Source: Candidatus Micrarchaeota archaeon
GTDB taxonomy: Archaea; Micrarchaeota; Micrarchaeia; Anstonellales; Bilamarchaeaceae
Direction: 5' to 3'
DNA length: 18,916 bases
Assembly: GCA_043816005.1 (NCBI GenBank)
Contig: JBDRIM010000075.1
Span: 1 to 18,916, forward strand
The notes beneath the pieces were generated by a model that was not told the DNA's origin, did no database searches, and saw only the letters and a program-made list of their open reading frames with translations. A program made the translations under genes and the position numbers. Of this stretch, positions 16,922 to 18,916 are shown piece by piece (positions within the stretch are counted from its first letter, which is position 1; each line of letters opens with the position of its first letter).

Positions 16922-17554
16922 ATGGTTCAAAGTATTCCGATTATATATTTACCTTGTATAGTAGCATGGCCTTTTTTCCTGGTTTTTTTGTTCCTGTCAA
17001 TTGGGATACTACAAAAAAACAAAACCAAACTAAGAATTGGAAGTTTTGAAATTTCGTTTGAAGAGACATTTTGGATGGACGAGGCGGTTAAGGCTGCTCA
17101 GAATCCTCTATTATTCTTAGTTATGATTGCATTTTTTATCTTTCTCTATGTCACACAACCAGCATTTCAAGATGATTTGACTTCTCTGATGGGAAATAAA
17201 AAAACCGGACCTGGACTTTTTGCCAGTGTGATTATTAGTTTTCTTGCTGCATGGTTAATTATTTCCATACAATACAGAGGCATAAAGATCATACCAAAAT
17301 TAGTAAAGGTGATGATGCTATCTATCAGTATAATATTGAACGGAACATACGCGTTGTATCTTCTGTTTGCAATAATATTCGGCCCGATGAATTTTGCTGT
17401 AGACGCACTGAATTCTGCCTCTGGACAATCTGATGTGAACATATCGTTTAATTTCATACTCGCAGTTCTTGGTTATTTGGTATATACTATTGTCGCAATT
17501 TGTTACATTGGTGGAATCAAAATTGATAGGGCTATTCTTTCTGATACCGAATAA
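16922..17554 (+). CDS. Hypothetical multi-pass membrane protein
   Basis: About five hydrophobic segments; GGTG upstream of the ATG. Confidence 0.7.
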   Translation: MVQSIPIIYLPCIVAWPFFLVFLFLSIGILQKNKTKLRIGSFEISFEETFWMDEAVKAAQNPLLFLVMIAFFIFLYVTQPAFQDDLTSLMGNKKTGPGLFASVIISFLAAWLIISIQYRGIKIIPKLVKVMMLSISIILNGTYALYLLFAIIFGPMNFAVDALNSASGQSDVNISFNFILAVLGYLVYTIVAICYIGGIKIDRAILSDTE

Positions 17555-17584
17555 ACAAATATTTCGAGAAGCAATTGACAGAAT

Positions 17585-17608
17585 CAGTGACCAAAATTGC
17601 AGGGGAAG
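17585..17608. repeat. att-like copy of the tRNA 3' end (direct repeat of 18835..18858)
   Basis: CAGTGACCAAAATTGCAGGGGAAG versus CAGTGAACAAAATTGCAGGGGAAG: 23/24 identical, with an exact 17-bp core. Confidence 0.8.
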
Positions 17609-17719
17609 AATTTAGAGACCCGAGGACGCTCTCAGGTTTTTTGCCCTTGTTGTCGAGGTAAATATTACATAAGTAATATTTATAGCTTGACCAGATACGA
17701 CTCAAGTGATTGACGCGTA

Positions 17720-18691
17720 TCATTTCAGTTTTTGGTTTTGTTTGATTATCTCTTGGACTAGGAAAAGGACGAATAATTTGTGATTGTTACTATTGCCGGC
17801 CTCCTGAGTTCGCATATATTTGCTTCGTTTGCTAAGCGGTATGTTTGTGAACGGAATGCTGTTCACTTGGAGGATATAGTTCATCAGCAATCGCGCCATT
17901 CTTCCATTCCCATCAGCAAATGGATGTATTGTAGTGAATTTAGTATGAAACTTTGCTGCGAGTTCTACTGGGTGAATCAAATCCTTGTTTTTTGAATACC
18001 AAACAATTAGTTCTTTCATGAACCTTGGAACTTCCTGGTGATGCGGAAAAACATAGTCGGAACCACGAATTCGTACATTAACAGGTCTCCAAACCCCACA
18101 GTATTGTTCATAACCATCTATCTTCGAAAGAAGCACACAATGAAGCTGTAATATCATTTCCTCATTTAACTCCTGTTTATTTTTAAGAAGTTTTTCATAG
18201 ATGTCTAAGCACTTATTGAGATTAAGTGCTTCTTGTTCCTCTCGACCCATATTTGTAATGGTTATTCCACGTTTCTGCAACAAATCGATTCTTTTTTGAT
18301 CAGAAAGAATTCTTTCCGTCAACCAATAATCTAAAGTTGAACCTTCAATGGCGTTTGAGTCAGTAACAAATGTTATCCTTTCTCTTCTAATAAAATCAAT
18401 TCTTTGCTTGGGAGAAAGTGAACTCAAGAACAACAACTTGTCCTTGACTGCCTTTTCTATTTTCATGGCAAGATTACGAGTTATGAATTCTGTAAATGGT
18501 GGCGTAATCCCAAAAACGCCTTTCTGCTTAAGCTTACCCTCAAATTTTTTGTAAATCTCAATTAGATTTACACTATTGGGCAATTTGCCGAGATAAACAC
18601 TTTCTTTGACCCACGCGGTTCTTTTTTTTATGGATTCTTCTAAATAATAATAGATTTTTCCTTTCACGATTCTTTTTGCTATTCGAGCCAT
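17720..18691 (-). CDS. Fic family protein (AMPylase-type, with N-terminal inhibitory motif)
   Basis: Canonical HPFADGNGRMAR motif and SNAIEG (S/TxxxEG inhibitory helix). Likely ATG start at 18691 (ORF track uses GTG 18703). Confidence 0.95.
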   Translation of the reverse strand: MARIAKRIVKGKIYYYLEESIKKRTAWVKESVYLGKLPNSVNLIEIYKKFEGKLKQKGVFGITPPFTEFITRNLAMKIEKAVKDKLLFLSSLSPKQRIDFIRRERITFVTDSNAIEGSTLDYWLTERILSDQKRIDLLQKRGITITNMGREEQEALNLNKCLDIYEKLLKNKQELNEEMILQLHCVLLSKIDGYEQYCGVWRPVNVRIRGSDYVFPHHQEVPRFMKELIVWYSKNKDLIHPVELAAKFHTKFTTIHPFADGNGRMARLLMNYILQVNSIPFTNIPLSKRSKYMRTQEAGNSNNHKLFVLFLVQEIIKQNQKLK

Positions 18692-18695
18692 AATA

Positions 18696-18789
18696 GTTAT
18701 CACTGAAAATAGATATATATACTTTTCGGTGATAACTTACCTAAGTTATAACTGGTTTTTACAATTAGTTGAACCAGTGATAACTGGTT
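18696..18789 (-). promoter_or_regulatory. Fic promoter: TATA box within a 14-bp inverted repeat plus repeated GT(G/T)ATAAC boxes
   Basis: GTTATCACTGAAAA (18696-18709) and TTTTCGGTGATAAC (18723-18736) flank TATATATA (18714-18721). Further boxes at 18745-18752 and 18777-18784. Confidence 0.6.
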
Positions 18790-18847
18790 AGCGTCCTCAG
18801 ATTAAATTCGTGTTCACCACGAGCGACGCGAGTGCAGTGAACAAAAT

Positions 18848-18916
18848 TGCAGGGGAAGTGATTCGAACACTCGAAGGGACTAACCCACCAGCCTTCCACC
18901 TTTTCGGAAAAGGTGG
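18848..18916 (-). tRNA. tRNA-Leu-like gene, 3' half only (5' part beyond window); anticodon region interrupted by an intron or palindromic insert
   Basis: Minus strand: GCTGG (anticodon stem 3' strand), T-GGG-TTAGT-CCC-TTC (long variable arm), GAGTG-TTCGAAT-CACTT (T arm), CCCCTGC-A (acceptor strand, A73), no encoded CCA. The anticodon is not visible, so Leu is inferred from A73, the acceptor stem and the variable arm. Confidence 0.8.

Larger units (their letters stand above)
17585..18858. mobile_element. Putative integrase-less mini-island at a tRNA 3' end carrying a Fic gene
   Basis: Direct repeats overlapping the tRNA 3' end 1250 bp apart, imperfect inverted repeats inside them, and a single cargo gene. 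Confidence 0.55.

Noticed and set aside
17659..17682. Xer/dif site
   Set aside because: The 10-4-10 geometry does not match the 11-6-11 layout with inner TAA/TTA of known dif sites.
17598..17690. A second complete tRNA gene at the left repeat
   Set aside because: Only the acceptor strand and 3 nt of the T stem match. There is no TTCGA loop and no complementary 5' acceptor strand, so it is treated as an att-like fragment.
309..18554. Short antisense or alternate-frame ORFs in the track (e.g. 2222..2632, 5290..5595, 8163..8465, 12494..13006, 17167..17457)
   Set aside because: They lie on top of well-supported genes and show no motifs; they are shadow ORFs.
18893..18899. Reading the terminal tRNA as intron-less Ser(GGA), since the minus strand shows T-GGA-AG
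   Set aside because: The bases 5' of this do not pair with GCTGG and belong to the palindrome. A73, the acceptor stem and the variable arm fit Leu better.

Overview
AT-rich archaeal genomic window, probably from a DPANN-type (Micrarchaeota-like) organism. This is inferred from Alba, an AglH-like transferase, GGTGA Shine-Dalgarno motifs, TATA-box promoters and an archaeal-type tRNA without encoded CCA. The left half is mostly housekeeping. It holds the 3' end of a class II HMG-CoA reductase, an AglH/GPT-like polyprenyl-phosphate GlcNAc-1-P transferase, an alba-DUF92-NDP-sugar nucleotidyltransferase operon, a frameshifted PLP aminotransferase, a tRNA dihydrouridine synthase, an M20/M28-like metallohydrolase, an orphan ORF and a PurD-like ATP-grasp ligase interrupted by a 343-aa LAGLIDADG intein. 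The right half is a cluster of secreted and membrane proteins: a tail-fibre-like protein with a coupled anchored partner, a PQQ-like beta-propeller, DUF998 and a TSP3-repeat peptide. The window ends with a Fic gene lying between two copies of a tRNA 3'-end repeat 1250 bp apart, with internal inverted repeats and no integrase, followed by the 3' half of a tRNA-Leu-like gene whose anticodon region is occupied by a palindrome at the window edge. The strongest leads are the intein in PurD, the tRNA-anchored Fic mini-cassette, the GGG-TAA +1 frameshift in the aminotransferase and the fibre/anchor gene pair. All family calls come from motif recognition by eye, not database searches.
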